63,881 nucleotides of DNA from the IMG/VR virus record IMGVR_UViG_3300028768_000001, positions 1 through 63,881 of that record; one strand, 5' to 3'. Within the stretch, counting starts at the first letter, position 1, and every line of letters begins with the position of its first letter. Below the pieces are notes generated by a model. It saw only the letters and a program-made list of their open reading frames with translations. It was not told the DNA's origin and searched no databases. The translations under genes were made by a program, and so were the position numbers. Source of the stretch: a virus (taxonomy: Duplodnaviria; Caudoviricetes). Positions 15,265-24,649 of this stretch are shown one piece after another.

Positions 15265-15705
15265 ATGCCGACCGCGCTCGCCCTGCCCCCTGCCCCGAAC
15301 CTGCCTGGACTCACGGCGGTGCGCGCGCGCAACCCGACCAGCCTAAGCTTTCCCGCCATGCTGCCGTACGAGCTGGTGATGAAGACCGACACCCCGGCGC
15401 ACATCTGTCACGCCTACGGCATCACGCGCGACGAGTTTGCCGTGCTGGTGAATCACCCGGTGTTCATCAAGGCGTATCAGGAGGCGCTCGAAGCGCTCAA
15501 AGTCGAGGGCATGAGCTTCAAGGTCAAGGCGCGCTTGCAGGCCGAGGCGTATCTGGATACCGCCTTCGTGCTGGCCACCAGCGAGGGCACCTCGGACGCG
15601 GTGCGTGCCGACATCATCAAGAACACGGTGCGCTGGGCCGGCTACGACGCCAAGGCCGCCGACAGTGGCCAGAGCGCGAACTTCAACATCCTCATCAACC
15701 TCTAA
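15265..15705 (+). CDS. putative terminase small subunit
   Basis: First late gene, HTH-like N-terminus, C-terminal FNILINL; upstream of terL. Confidence 0.6.
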   Translation: MPTALALPPAPNLPGLTAVRARNPTSLSFPAMLPYELVMKTDTPAHICHAYGITRDEFAVLVNHPVFIKAYQEALEALKVEGMSFKVKARLQAEAYLDTAFVLATSEGTSDAVRADIIKNTVRWAGYDAKAADSGQSANFNILINL

Positions 15706-15723
15706 CCTCCTTCAAGGCCCCCC

Positions 15724-16026
15724 ATGAGTTATTCGTTCACCTTCGAGGTGCCCACCAAGGCCGAGGCCCGCACGCGGGCCGAAGCCGAGTTCGATCGGGT
15801 GGTGGCGCAGCAGCCCGTGCACATGCAGGACAAAGCCGCCGCGTTGGCCGCACTCGACGCGTATCTGGCGCTGCTCGAGGACGATGCGAACCAGGACATT
15901 CACGTCACCTTGCATGGCTCGCTCGGCTATTACTGGCGCCCCGAGCACGATGCGGCCAACGCGGCGATCACGAGTGCGGCGCTGGGCGTGAGTGTCTACC
16001 CCGTGGTGAAAGGTCAGCCCCGCTAG
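15724..16026 (+). CDS. hypothetical protein
   Basis: 100-aa ORF between terS and terL. Confidence 0.7.
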   Translation: MSYSFTFEVPTKAEARTRAEAEFDRVVAQQPVHMQDKAAALAALDAYLALLEDDANQDIHVTLHGSLGYYWRPEHDAANAAITSAALGVSVYPVVKGQPR

Positions 16027-16085
16027 CGCGGCGACCCACTAAGCCGCGAGCCACTTATGGGATTTCGCTTCGCACTGCTGCACGT

Positions 16086-17519
16086 ATGACCACCGTGCAC
16101 TACACCCCCCCGCCCACCGTCAAGGCGTTCATCAAGCATTACGCGCCGGGGGAACTCTTTTCCGATTGGATCGTCGGCCCCTACGGCTCGGGCAAGACGA
16201 CGGGGCTCTTCATGAAGCTGGTGTACTTGGCCAAGCTGCAAGCCCCCAGCCCCATCGACGGCATTCGCCGCACGCGCTGCGTGATCGTGCGCAACACCGC
16301 GCCGCAGCTCACCGACACCACCATCAAGAGCTTCAACTACTGGTTCAAAGATGGCGTGGCGGGCAAGTGGAAGGCCACCGTGAAGGATTTCATCCTGCGC
16401 TTTGCCGATGTCGAGTGCGAGGTGATGTTCCGTCCGCTCGATAGCCCCGACGACATTAACCGCGTGCTCTCGCTCGAAGTGACGTTCGCGATCATCGACG
16501 AGTTCGTGCAGATCCCGCAGGTGATTGTCGAGGCGCTCTCCGCGCGCTGCGGGCGCTATCCGCCCGAGATCGAGGGGGGCGCGACGAACTGGGGCATGTG
16601 GGGCGCGTCCAACCCCGGCATGGAGTCCGACTGGTGGTACCCGATGCTGGAGGATCACGACGAGCTGCCGCCCGAGCAGCCGGTGCCGGAGAACTGGACG
16701 TACTTCAAGCAGCCGTCGGGCTTTTCGGATGAGGCCGAGAACGTCGAGAATCTGCCGGGCAAGCGCGAGTACTACACGAACCTCGCCAAGGGCAAGACCA
16801 CCTATTGGATCAAGCAGTTCATTGCCGTCGAGTGGGGCTATTCGATCTCCGGCAAGCCGGTGTTCCCGATGTTCAACAAGGATTTGCATGCGGCCAAACG
16901 GCTTATCGTGCCGGTGCGTGCGCGCCAGCTGATCGCCGGCTACGACCCCGGCATGCGCAGCGCCGTCGTGCTCGGGCAGTACGACGAGGCGGTGGGCCGC
17001 CTGATGGTGTTCGACGAGCTGGTGCTGGAGAACTACGCGACCGATCGCATGATTGCGGAAAAACTCAAGCCGCTGCTGTTTCGCAAGTATCGCGGCTACG
17101 AGCTGCTCGTGGTGCCGGACCCGGCCAGCGTGAGTCAGTCGCAGTCCAAGCAAGGCTCCAGCGTGCTGGCTGAACTCAAGCGCCATTTCGCGGTGGTCTA
17201 CGAGGGCGATAACAGTATCGAGAGCCGCCTGCAGCCAGCGCAGTATTACATGATGCGGCTGACCGCCGACGGGCCCGCCCTGTCGATCGATCCGCGCTGC
17301 GTGAAGCTGATTCGCGCCCTGGTGGGCGGCTACAAGTACACGGTGTCGAAGACCGACGTGCAGCGCGAGGTGCCGGATAAGAACCAGCACTCGCATGTGG
17401 CGGACGCCTTCACCTATCTGGCGCGCTATGTGCGTCGCGGTGAGGAGCGCGCCGGCAAGCGCATCGGCCCGCGTCGCGGACAAGCGGTGCGCACGCACAA
17501 CCCGTACGCGATGAACTAG
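16086..17519 (+). CDS. terL: terminase large subunit
   Basis: Walker A GPYGSGKT, Walker B AIIDE, ASNP coupling motif, nuclease GYDPG...HVADA. Confidence 0.92.
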   Translation: MTTVHYTPPPTVKAFIKHYAPGELFSDWIVGPYGSGKTTGLFMKLVYLAKLQAPSPIDGIRRTRCVIVRNTAPQLTDTTIKSFNYWFKDGVAGKWKATVKDFILRFADVECEVMFRPLDSPDDINRVLSLEVTFAIIDEFVQIPQVIVEALSARCGRYPPEIEGGATNWGMWGASNPGMESDWWYPMLEDHDELPPEQPVPENWTYFKQPSGFSDEAENVENLPGKREYYTNLAKGKTTYWIKQFIAVEWGYSISGKPVFPMFNKDLHAAKRLIVPVRARQLIAGYDPGMRSAVVLGQYDEAVGRLMVFDELVLENYATDRMIAEKLKPLLFRKYRGYELLVVPDPASVSQSQSKQGSSVLAELKRHFAVVYEGDNSIESRLQPAQYYMMRLTADGPALSIDPRCVKLIRALVGGYKYTVSKTDVQREVPDKNQHSHVADAFTYLARYVRRGEERAGKRIGPRRGQAVRTHNPYAMN

Positions 17520-17532
17520 ACTGTTCGAGACG

Positions 17533-17553
17533 TTGTTCAGGACTCCTAAGCGA
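17533..17553. promoter_or_regulatory. operator-like palindrome before the portal gene
   Basis: Core AGGA-C-TCCTAA. Confidence 0.5.
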
Positions 17554-17554
17554 T

Positions 17555-19897
17555 ATGGCTGCTACCCCTGCGTTGCTCGCCTCCCCGATCTCGGCGCTAC
17601 AGCCCAACCCGACCACGGTATTGCAGTCGGGCAGCGTGGCGCTCGATCCGGCCGGCATGGCGCGGCTCGGCGCGAAGCTGTTGGAGCGGTTTCGCCAGTA
17701 CGAAAGCGATCGGCGCTTGGCCGAGCTGAAATGGGAGCGCAACGCGCGGCAGTTCCTGGGCGTCTACGATGCGGACACCGAGAAGCTGATCGACAAGAAC
17801 CGCTCCAAGGCGTATCCGAAGCTCACGCGCTGGAAGTGCGTGTCGATGCTGTCGCGGCTCATGAACCTGCTGTTTCAGGCCGACGACAAGAACTGGACGG
17901 TCTCGCCCTCGGCGTTGCCGGACCTGGACGAGGCGGACTTGCAGCAGGTGCTCGATCAGGTCATGCAGGTGATGCAGTCAGGCCCGCCGTCGATGCCGCC
18001 GGGCCAGTCGCCGTCAATGCCGCCAGGGCCGCCGCCGATGCAGCCGCCCGACGACGCGGTGATCGAGCAGGCGATTCGCGAGTTCGCCAAAAAGCGCGCG
18101 CGGCGCATGGAGTTGGAGGTCGAGGATCAGCTGCAGGAGTTGGGGGGCAATCGCACCAGCGACTACGTGGCACTGTGCCGCAAGGTGCTGGCCAGTGGCA
18201 TCCAGTACGGCGCCGGCATTCTCAAAGGTCCGTTCGTGCGCGAAGAGCAGCAACGGCGCTGGGAGATGAACGCCGAGGGACGCTTGATCGCGGTGACCTA
18301 CACCGCCTATCGGCCGCAGTACGAGTTCGTGCCGATTTGGGATTACTACCCCGACATGGCGGCCAAGACGCTGGCCCAGATGGACGGCCAGTTCGAGCGT
18401 GTGGTGATGAGCCGGCATCAAGTCGTCGATCTCAAGCGCCGGCCCGACTTCCTGGCGGATCAGATCGACGCGTTCCTGGCCCAGTGGCCGGGAGGTAACT
18501 ACAAGCGACGCGCGTTCGAAACCGAGTTGCGCGCGCTGGGCGTGCAGATCAACGCCACGCAGTCCGAGCGCGGCAAATACGAGGCGATCGTGTGGACTGG
18601 CTATGTGCATGGGCGGGATCTGGCCGCATGCGGCGCGCGGGTGTCCGAGGCGCGGCTTGACGAGGATGTGCGCGCGATCATTTGGGTGATGGACACCTAC
18701 GTGGTGAAGGCGCAGCTCGACCCGTGGTCGGATCTCAAGACCGATGGCGAGATGAAGATGTATCACCACTTCATTTTCGAGGAAGACGAGTCGTTCCTGC
18801 TGGGCAACGGCTTGCCGGCGATCGTACGTGATTCGCAGCTCGGCTTGTGCGCGGCGACGCGCATGATGCTCGATAGTGGCGCGGTGCAACGCGTGTTCGA
18901 GGTCAATCATGCGCTGCTGCGCCTCGACCAGGATCTCACCTCGATTAACCCCGACATGATGATTCCGCGCGATGACGACAACCCCGCTACGGCGAGCATC
19001 CCCGCGGTGCGCGCCATCGAGCTGCCGATGCACTTGGAAGGCATGATGGAGATGGGGCGCGTGTTCCAGGAGTTTGCCGACCAGGAGACGTTTATCTCGC
19101 AAGCGACGGGCGGCGACTTGCAAAAAGGGCCGTCGGAGCCGTTTCGTACCGCGTCGGGCGCCTCGATGCTGCGTGGCGATGCGGCGCTGCCGTTCAAGGA
19201 CGTGGTGCGCAACTTCGACGCGTTCACCGAGTCGCTGGTGGGTTCGGTGCTGGTCTTCAATCGCAATTTCAATCCGAGCCCAGCCATCCAGGGTGACTTC
19301 AAGGCCGTGGCGCGCGGTGCGACGAGCCTGATCGCCAAGGAAGTGCTCGGCATTCAGCTCGATAACTTCGCGCAAACGCTCACCGGCGAAGAAAAGCCTT
19401 ACGTCAACATGCGCAATCTGGCGCGGGCGCGCGTGCGGGTGCGCGATCTCGACGTGGAAGACCTCGTGTACGACGACGCCCGGTGCGACCAGATCGATGC
19501 GCAGCAGGCGCAACAGCAGGCGCAACAGCAGCAGCTGCAAACCGAGGCGATCCGCGCGCAAATTCGCGAGACGCTGGCCGCGGCGCTCAAGGATCTCGCG
19601 CAAGCAGGCAAGAATCAGGCGGCGGCCGAGGCAACGACGGCGAATGTCATTTTGGGCGCGCTCGAAAAGGGGCTGAACCCGGATCAGGTGAGTCCCCACG
19701 CGTTGACAGGAGACGTGAATGGAGCAGGTGCGAGCAATGGAGCCGCAGCCGGCGCGGGCGCTGCGCCAGGAGGAGGCGGAACTCCTCAAGCGGATCAAGG
19801 TGGAGCGGGAGGCGCCGGCGCTGTGGTCGCTCCGGCAGCTCTTGCAGCTGCGGCTAACGCGCCTGGATTCTCTGCTGCGGCGATGCCAACCGGCTGA
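17555..19897 (+). CDS. portal protein
   Basis: Follows terL; 780 aa; YGAGILKGPF and G.GLP..VRD.Q motifs; Q-rich C-terminal barrel of podoviral portals. Confidence 0.85.
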   Translation: MAATPALLASPISALQPNPTTVLQSGSVALDPAGMARLGAKLLERFRQYESDRRLAELKWERNARQFLGVYDADTEKLIDKNRSKAYPKLTRWKCVSMLSRLMNLLFQADDKNWTVSPSALPDLDEADLQQVLDQVMQVMQSGPPSMPPGQSPSMPPGPPPMQPPDDAVIEQAIREFAKKRARRMELEVEDQLQELGGNRTSDYVALCRKVLASGIQYGAGILKGPFVREEQQRRWEMNAEGRLIAVTYTAYRPQYEFVPIWDYYPDMAAKTLAQMDGQFERVVMSRHQVVDLKRRPDFLADQIDAFLAQWPGGNYKRRAFETELRALGVQINATQSERGKYEAIVWTGYVHGRDLAACGARVSEARLDEDVRAIIWVMDTYVVKAQLDPWSDLKTDGEMKMYHHFIFEEDESFLLGNGLPAIVRDSQLGLCAATRMMLDSGAVQRVFEVNHALLRLDQDLTSINPDMMIPRDDDNPATASIPAVRAIELPMHLEGMMEMGRVFQEFADQETFISQATGGDLQKGPSEPFRTASGASMLRGDAALPFKDVVRNFDAFTESLVGSVLVFNRNFNPSPAIQGDFKAVARGATSLIAKEVLGIQLDNFAQTLTGEEKPYVNMRNLARARVRVRDLDVEDLVYDDARCDQIDAQQAQQQAQQQQLQTEAIRAQIRETLAAALKDLAQAGKNQAAAEATTANVILGALEKGLNPDQVSPHALTGDVNGAGASNGAAAGAGAAPGGGGTPQADQGGAGGAGAVVAPAALAAAANAPGFSAAAMPTG

Positions 19898-19964
19898 GTT
19901 TCTCGCGATGCAGGCGCGCGCGCGGGCGTACGAAGAGCTGCTCGACGAGTTATTTAATCGTTAG
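19719..19964 (+). CDS. small hypothetical head-associated protein overlapping the portal 3' end
   Basis: AGGAG RBS 6 nt before ATG; helical, ending Q.RARAYEELL. Confidence 0.6.
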   Translation: MEQVRAMEPQPARALRQEEAELLKRIKVEREAPALWSLRQLLQLRLTRLDSLLRRCQPAEFLAMQARARAYEELLDELFNR

Positions 19965-19999
19965 GACTCCTTGACAATTTTGATGGTGATGGCTAGAAC
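19957..19999 (+). promoter_or_regulatory. operator-like palindrome overlapping a sigma70-like promoter
   Basis: CGTTAGGA-C-TCCTTGAC overlaps TTGACA(19971)-N17-TAGAAC(19994). Confidence 0.55.
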
Positions 20000-20005
20000 G
20001 CGAGC

Positions 20006-21049
20006 ATGACGAATCCCGCCCCGACCCCTGCCCCGCCCCCTGCCCCGACCTCCGACGACGAGTTTGCCGCCGCGTTTTCCGAACTGAGTGCGCCGCAGGC
20101 TCAGCCGGCGCCCGAGGCCGCGGAGCCTGCGGCGACGGCGCCCCCGCCGGGCGCCGAGACGAAGCCGCAGAGCAAGCCGCAGAGCAAGCCGGAGGCAGGC
20201 TTCTCCGAAGCCACTGGGGGGGTCAGTGCAGCGGTGCCGGGGGAGCCTGCAGCTTCGGGCGACACCGCGCCGGCCACGCCTGCCGATACTGCGGCAGCGA
20301 ATTCTGCTACTGCGGACCAACCTGCCGCGACCCCGAGTGAGCCCGCGCCGGCCGGCTATGTCTCGCAAGATCAGTTCGCCGCGCTGCAAGCCGAGCTGAG
20401 TGCGCTGAAAAAGCAGGCGGCGCCGGCCGAGAGTGCGCGCCCCGAGCCGGCGCCGCTGTACACGCCCGACGAGCAGGGCGTGATCGACGGCTACTTGAAG
20501 GAATGGCCCGATGTCGCGAAGGGTGAGGCGTTGATGCGCCGCGCCGAGTATTCGCAGCTCATCAAGTACGTGTTCGATCAATTCGCGCCGCGCCTGGAGG
20601 CGTTAGAAACCTCGCAAACGAGCACGTCGACGCGCACGCAATACCAGGACATCGTGTCGCTCGTGCCGGATTACGACAGCGTGCGCGACGCCACCCTGGC
20701 GTGGATCGAGACGCAGCCCGGCTATCTAAAATCGGCCTATCAGAAGGTGGCCGAGGACGGTTCGCCGCAAGACGTGGCCGATCTCATCACGCGGTTCAAA
20801 AAGGAGACGGGCCATGGTGCAAAACGGGATGGTGCTGCTCCTGCCGGCGCGCCGGCAGGCGGGGCTCAAGCTGGCGCTGCTCAAACTGCTGGTGCGAGTG
20901 CCGGCGCGGTGCCCGCGAGCCTGCCCGCCGCTGCTCAGGCAGCGGCTGCGGCGCTTAAACCGGTGAAGACGACGCGCAGCGAGCCCGTGTCGTCGCCGGA
21001 TCCGAATGATTTTGACGCAGCCTTCAAGGAATTTGCGTCGGCCAGTTAA
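20006..21049 (+). CDS. capsid scaffolding protein
   Basis: A/P-rich and acidic, between portal and MCP; DDEFAAAF / DFDAAFKEF termini. Confidence 0.75.
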   Translation: MTNPAPTPAPPPAPTSDDEFAAAFSELSAPQAQPAPEAAEPAATAPPPGAETKPQSKPQSKPEAGFSEATGGVSAAVPGEPAASGDTAPATPADTAAANSATADQPAATPSEPAPAGYVSQDQFAALQAELSALKKQAAPAESARPEPAPLYTPDEQGVIDGYLKEWPDVAKGEALMRRAEYSQLIKYVFDQFAPRLEALETSQTSTSTRTQYQDIVSLVPDYDSVRDATLAWIETQPGYLKSAYQKVAEDGSPQDVADLITRFKKETGHGAKRDGAAPAGAPAGGAQAGAAQTAGASAGAVPASLPAAAQAAAAALKPVKTTRSEPVSSPDPNDFDAAFKEFASAS

Positions 21050-21061
21050 GGAGAAGCGAGA

Positions 21062-21403
21062 ATGACTCAATCTGTGAATGCACGGTCGGTCAATTCGGCG
21101 ATTGTCGATTTGCCTACCAAGGCCCTGTTGCTCGGGATTGTCGCGGATATCGGCACCGCGTTGGGCGGGACTATTAGCCCCCAGCCGGCTATCACGGCAT
21201 TAACCGACAGCTCGGGGGGCACGAGCGGCGGCAATACGATTGCCGCGATTGCGGTGGCCTCGGCCTCGATCGGTGCCGACACCAGCGCGGCGACGGTGGC
21301 CTCGGTCAACGTCTCGTTAGGCGAAGTCAAGAATGCGATTGCCACCTTGGCGGCGAAGGTCAATGCGATCAATGCCGCGCTCGTTGCGGCGGGCGTGCTT
21401 TAA
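21062..21403 (+). CDS. head decoration/fibre-like protein
   Basis: C-terminal LAAKVNAI.AAL..AG pattern; AAGGAG RBS. Confidence 0.6.
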   Translation: MTQSVNARSVNSAIVDLPTKALLLGIVADIGTALGGTISPQPAITALTDSSGGTSGGNTIAAIAVASASIGADTSAATVASVNVSLGEVKNAIATLAAKVNAINAALVAAGVL

Positions 21404-21458
21404 TCTATTCGCATCGGGCAGCGTTATTCGCGCGAAATGAGTTTGTTGTTTAAATGAA

Positions 21459-21487
21459 TTGCCTTGCAGATTGCGAACGTGTAAAAA
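21459..21487 (+). promoter_or_regulatory. sigma70-like promoter upstream of MCP
   Basis: TTGCCT-N17-TAAAAT in an AT-rich gap. Confidence 0.5.
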
Positions 21488-21556
21488 TCGGGTCTGCATA
21501 GTTTCATGTGATGCACTGCGCTTCATCCATACAAGCGGATCGTCGCCGGCACTGCA

Positions 21557-21577
21557 AAAGTTAGGACGCCTAATTTT
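21557..21577. promoter_or_regulatory. operator-like palindrome in the MCP leader
   Basis: AGTTAGGA-C-GCCTAATT. Confidence 0.6.
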
Positions 21578-21597
21578 TCAGGTTCAAGGGGCCGGTC

Positions 21598-22635
21598 ATG
21601 ACCGCTGTTACTCAATATGGTGATATTTCCCCTCGGGTTGCCGCGTATGCAGTGACACAGCTGCTCAAGCGGGGTTTGCCTTATCTCGTGATCGAGAAGT
21701 TTGGGCAGACCTATCCGATTCCAACCAATTCGACGAAAGTCGCGAAGTTCCGGCGCTACTTCCTGGCGGGTGCGACCGGCGCTGCTGGCGATGGCAATCC
21801 GGCCAGTGCGTTCAGCACGCCGCTGGCGTTGACGCCGCTCGTGGAAGGGGTGACGCCGACGGGCAAGAAGCTCACGAACGTCGACTATACCGCGACGCTG
21901 GTGCAGTACGGCGACTATGTGACGATCACCGATGTCGTGCTCGACACGGCCGAGGATCAGGTACTCAACCAAGTCACCGAGGCGCTCGGCGAGTCGGCCG
22001 CGCAGACGATCGAGACGATTCGTTTTAACGTGCTTAAAGCGGGCTTGAATGTGTTTTACGCCAATGGCACGGCGCGCAATCAGGTCAATACGGTGATTAG
22101 CCTCGCGGTCCAGCGCAAGATCACCACGGCGCTCACGCGTCAGAATGCCAAGCGCATTACCTCCGTGGTCAAGTCGACGCCGGATTTTCGCACGGAGCCG
22201 ATTGAGGCGGCTTTCATTGCGCTCACGCATCCCGATCTCGAATCGGATATCCGCAATATGACGGGTTTCATTCCGACCAAGCAGTATGGCACGGTGACGC
22301 CGTTCGAAAATGAAATTGGTTCGGTCGAGACGGTGCGCTATTTGCAGTCGACCGTGTTTGCCCCGTGGCTTGACGCCGGGGGCGCGATGGGCGCGATGCG
22401 CTCCACGACCGGCACGAACGCCGACGTGTATCCGATATTGTTTCTCGGGCGGGATGCGTACGGCATCGTGCCGCTCAAGGGCAAGGATTCGCTCACGCCG
22501 ATGGTGGTCAATCCCAAGCCCGCCCCGGGCGATCCGCTGGCGCAACGTGGCACGGTCGGTTGGAAGGCGATGACCACGGCTGTAATCTTGAATGATGCCT
22601 GGATGGCGCGGCTCGAAGTCGCGGCGACCGCCTGA
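21598..22635 (+). CDS. major capsid protein, N4-gp56 family
   Basis: L.EGVTP, QYG.Y..ITD, HPD...D, EIG....VR and DPL.QRG.VGWK motifs. Confidence 0.93.
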   Translation: MTAVTQYGDISPRVAAYAVTQLLKRGLPYLVIEKFGQTYPIPTNSTKVAKFRRYFLAGATGAAGDGNPASAFSTPLALTPLVEGVTPTGKKLTNVDYTATLVQYGDYVTITDVVLDTAEDQVLNQVTEALGESAAQTIETIRFNVLKAGLNVFYANGTARNQVNTVISLAVQRKITTALTRQNAKRITSVVKSTPDFRTEPIEAAFIALTHPDLESDIRNMTGFIPTKQYGTVTPFENEIGSVETVRYLQSTVFAPWLDAGGAMGAMRSTTGTNADVYPILFLGRDAYGIVPLKGKDSLTPMVVNPKPAPGDPLAQRGTVGWKAMTTAVILNDAWMARLEVAATA

Positions 22636-22670
22636 TTAAGCGGCTGTTCGGTCCTGCTTAGGAGTTCGAA

Positions 22671-23030
22671 ATGACGAATCAAGTCTTGACGATCGTGTCG
22701 CAATCGAACAGCGACAGCATCGTGAATCACGCGCTCATTCGCGCGACGACCGACGCCGGCACCGCGACTGCGGAAACGTTCGCGCTGGGCTTTACGCCGC
22801 GGCGCGTCAAGGTGGTCAATCTCACCGGGTTGATCGTCGACGAGTGGTTCGAGGGCATGGCCGCGGCCAGCTCGGTGCATACGGTGGGTTCCACGGGCGT
22901 GACGACCTTGGAGGCGGTGCACGGCATCACCGTGAATTCGCAAGGCAATACGCTGGGCGGCGCGTCGATTACGCTTGATGCGACCACGATGGCGGCCAGT
23001 TCGACGTTTGCGATCGAGGCGGTTGGCTAA
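22671..23030 (+). CDS. virion structural (decoration-like) protein
   Basis: Follows MCP; LGF.PR.V.V.N...EW.EGM pattern. Confidence 0.6.
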   Translation: MTNQVLTIVSQSNSDSIVNHALIRATTDAGTATAETFALGFTPRRVKVVNLTGLIVDEWFEGMAAASSVHTVGSTGVTTLEAVHGITVNSQGNTLGGASITLDATTMAASSTFAIEAVG

Positions 23031-23047
23031 CCTTACGGGAGGCCGCG

Positions 23048-23239
23048 ATGGTTGAACTGCTGGTGATGGTGTTGGTCTTGCTGTTGGTGTTGGGGCTGCT
23101 CTATTACCTGATTACGCTGGTCCCGCTGCCGCCGCCATTTCCGGTAGTGGCGCGGGTGGTGTTCATCATCATTTGCATCCTGGTCGTGTTGTGGCTGTTT
23201 ACCCCGACGCTGGCAGGCTTTCACCGATCCTTGGGTTAG
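23048..23239 (+). CDS. small two-TM membrane protein (Thivi_2564-like)
   Basis: LLVLGLLYYLI..VPLPPPF..V.R; GGAGG RBS. Confidence 0.65.
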   Translation: MVELLVMVLVLLLVLGLLYYLITLVPLPPPFPVVARVVFIIICILVVLWLFTPTLAGFHRSLG

Positions 23240-23249
23240 GGAGCGTGCG

Positions 23250-23501
23250 ATGGGCGATACGGTACTGCGCATCGAGAAGCTGACCAACGGCTACGAGGTG
23301 GAAATCTGCGAGCCGAAGATCATGGAAGCGAACCGCAAGCCGAAGTCGACTTACGAAGACCCGTGGAAGAGTTACGTCTTTACGACGGCCGAGGAAGTGA
23401 AGGCGTTCGTAGGCGAGCATCTCGATTCGCTCACGCCGCCTCCCGAGGCCGATGAGGAATATGCGCAGGCGTTCAAGCAGGCGAGTACGGAGGATGAGTG
23501 A
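23250..23501 (+). CDS. hypothetical protein
   Basis: GGAG RBS, 83 aa. Confidence 0.7.
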   Translation: MGDTVLRIEKLTNGYEVEICEPKIMEANRKPKSTYEDPWKSYVFTTAEEVKAFVGEHLDSLTPPPEADEEYAQAFKQASTEDE

Positions 23502-23872
23502 TGAATGGCGGCGAACAAGTCGATGTGGGGTTCCCTGACAATTTGTCCGAGGCGGGTGCGGCGTTGGCGGCGGATCGGGCTGCACCGGAGAGGAAAGCGA
23601 AGGTTAAGGGCAAGCCTGCCGGCGAGGTGAAGGTGCGCATCATCCTCGAAGACAACGAGCAGATCCCCCCGGGGGGACAGTTCATTCAAGTGAATGGGCG
23701 CAGCTTCTTGATCCAGGCGAATTACGAGGTCGAGGTGCCGCGCATGGTGTGCGACGTGCTCGACCATGCGGTCATGTCGGTGCCGATCACCGACCAGATG
23801 AACACGGTGATCGGTTATCGCGATCGGCTGCGCTTTCCTTATCGTGTGGTGGCGCGTTCGCGCGAGGATTGA
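23498..23872 (+). CDS. conserved phage head-region protein
   Basis: VNG..F.I....EVEVP....VL..A...RFPY pattern. Confidence 0.7.
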   Translation: MMNGGEQVDVGFPDNLSEAGAALAADRAAPERKAKVKGKPAGEVKVRIILEDNEQIPPGGQFIQVNGRSFLIQANYEVEVPRMVCDVLDHAVMSVPITDQMNTVIGYRDRLRFPYRVVARSRED

Positions 23873-24646
23873 ATGACGCTGCAAGATCAGCTCGACGAGC
23901 TGCGTTACAACGTCCTGCGTGATCGGAGCGATTTGATCCAGGGCGATGACGACTCGTTGTGGTCTGATACCACGCTGCTGCGCTATATTGGCGATGCCGA
24001 GCGGCGCTTTGCGCGCCAGTCGCTGATCTTGCGGGATGCCACTACGCCGGAACTGGTGCGCGTGGTGCTCAAGCAGGCGGTGCCGACCTATCCGCTGCAT
24101 CGGGTGGTGCTGGCCGTGATCTCCGCGCGCTATACCGATACGAACGGCACGCCTTACGATTTGCAGCGCACCGGCCATGCGATCGTGAGCCAGTCGTCGC
24201 CGATCGAGAACCTGATTTTCGATCCGGCCGATCCCTACACGTCGTCGCTGCCGCCCGGGCCGCCGCTCGCGTATTTCACTGACGAGACGCTGGTGTATGC
24301 GCGCCAAGCGCGCGCGACGCTCTCGGTGTATCCGGTCCCCTCGCCCACCGAGGATGGCACGGTGCTCAATTTGCGCGTGATTCGCTTGCCGATGTCGCGC
24401 TATGCGCTCGAATGCCTCGAATGCGAGTCGGAGTTGCCCGAGGACTATCAGCTCGATGTGTTGGAGTGGGCCGCGTATCGTGCGCAGCGCACATTCGACG
24501 GCGATGCCGGCGCGCCCACGTCGGCCGAGCAGCATAAGCAGGCGTTCGAGGAGGCCGTGAAAGCGGCTGTGCGCGAGGCCAAGCGCAAGATGTTCGCCGG
24601 CACGCAGCTCGCCTACGGCGCGAATGGTTTCACGTGGACGCGCTGA
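23873..24646 (+). CDS. putative head-tail adaptor
   Basis: MTL..L..LR...L.D...WSD..L..YI..A and E.PE.Y...L.WAAYRA; position. Confidence 0.65.
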   Translation: MTLQDQLDELRYNVLRDRSDLIQGDDDSLWSDTTLLRYIGDAERRFARQSLILRDATTPELVRVVLKQAVPTYPLHRVVLAVISARYTDTNGTPYDLQRTGHAIVSQSSPIENLIFDPADPYTSSLPPGPPLAYFTDETLVYARQARATLSVYPVPSPTEDGTVLNLRVIRLPMSRYALECLECESELPEDYQLDVLEWAAYRAQRTFDGDAGAPTSAEQHKQAFEEAVKAAVREAKRKMFAGTQLAYGANGFTWTR

Positions 24647-24649
24647 ATC

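Noticed and set aside
16041-16052. AAGCCGCGAGCC match to hairpin copy D in the terL leader
   Set aside because: Only 12 bp, GC-rich, and lacking the GGAC/GTCC stem; may be chance.
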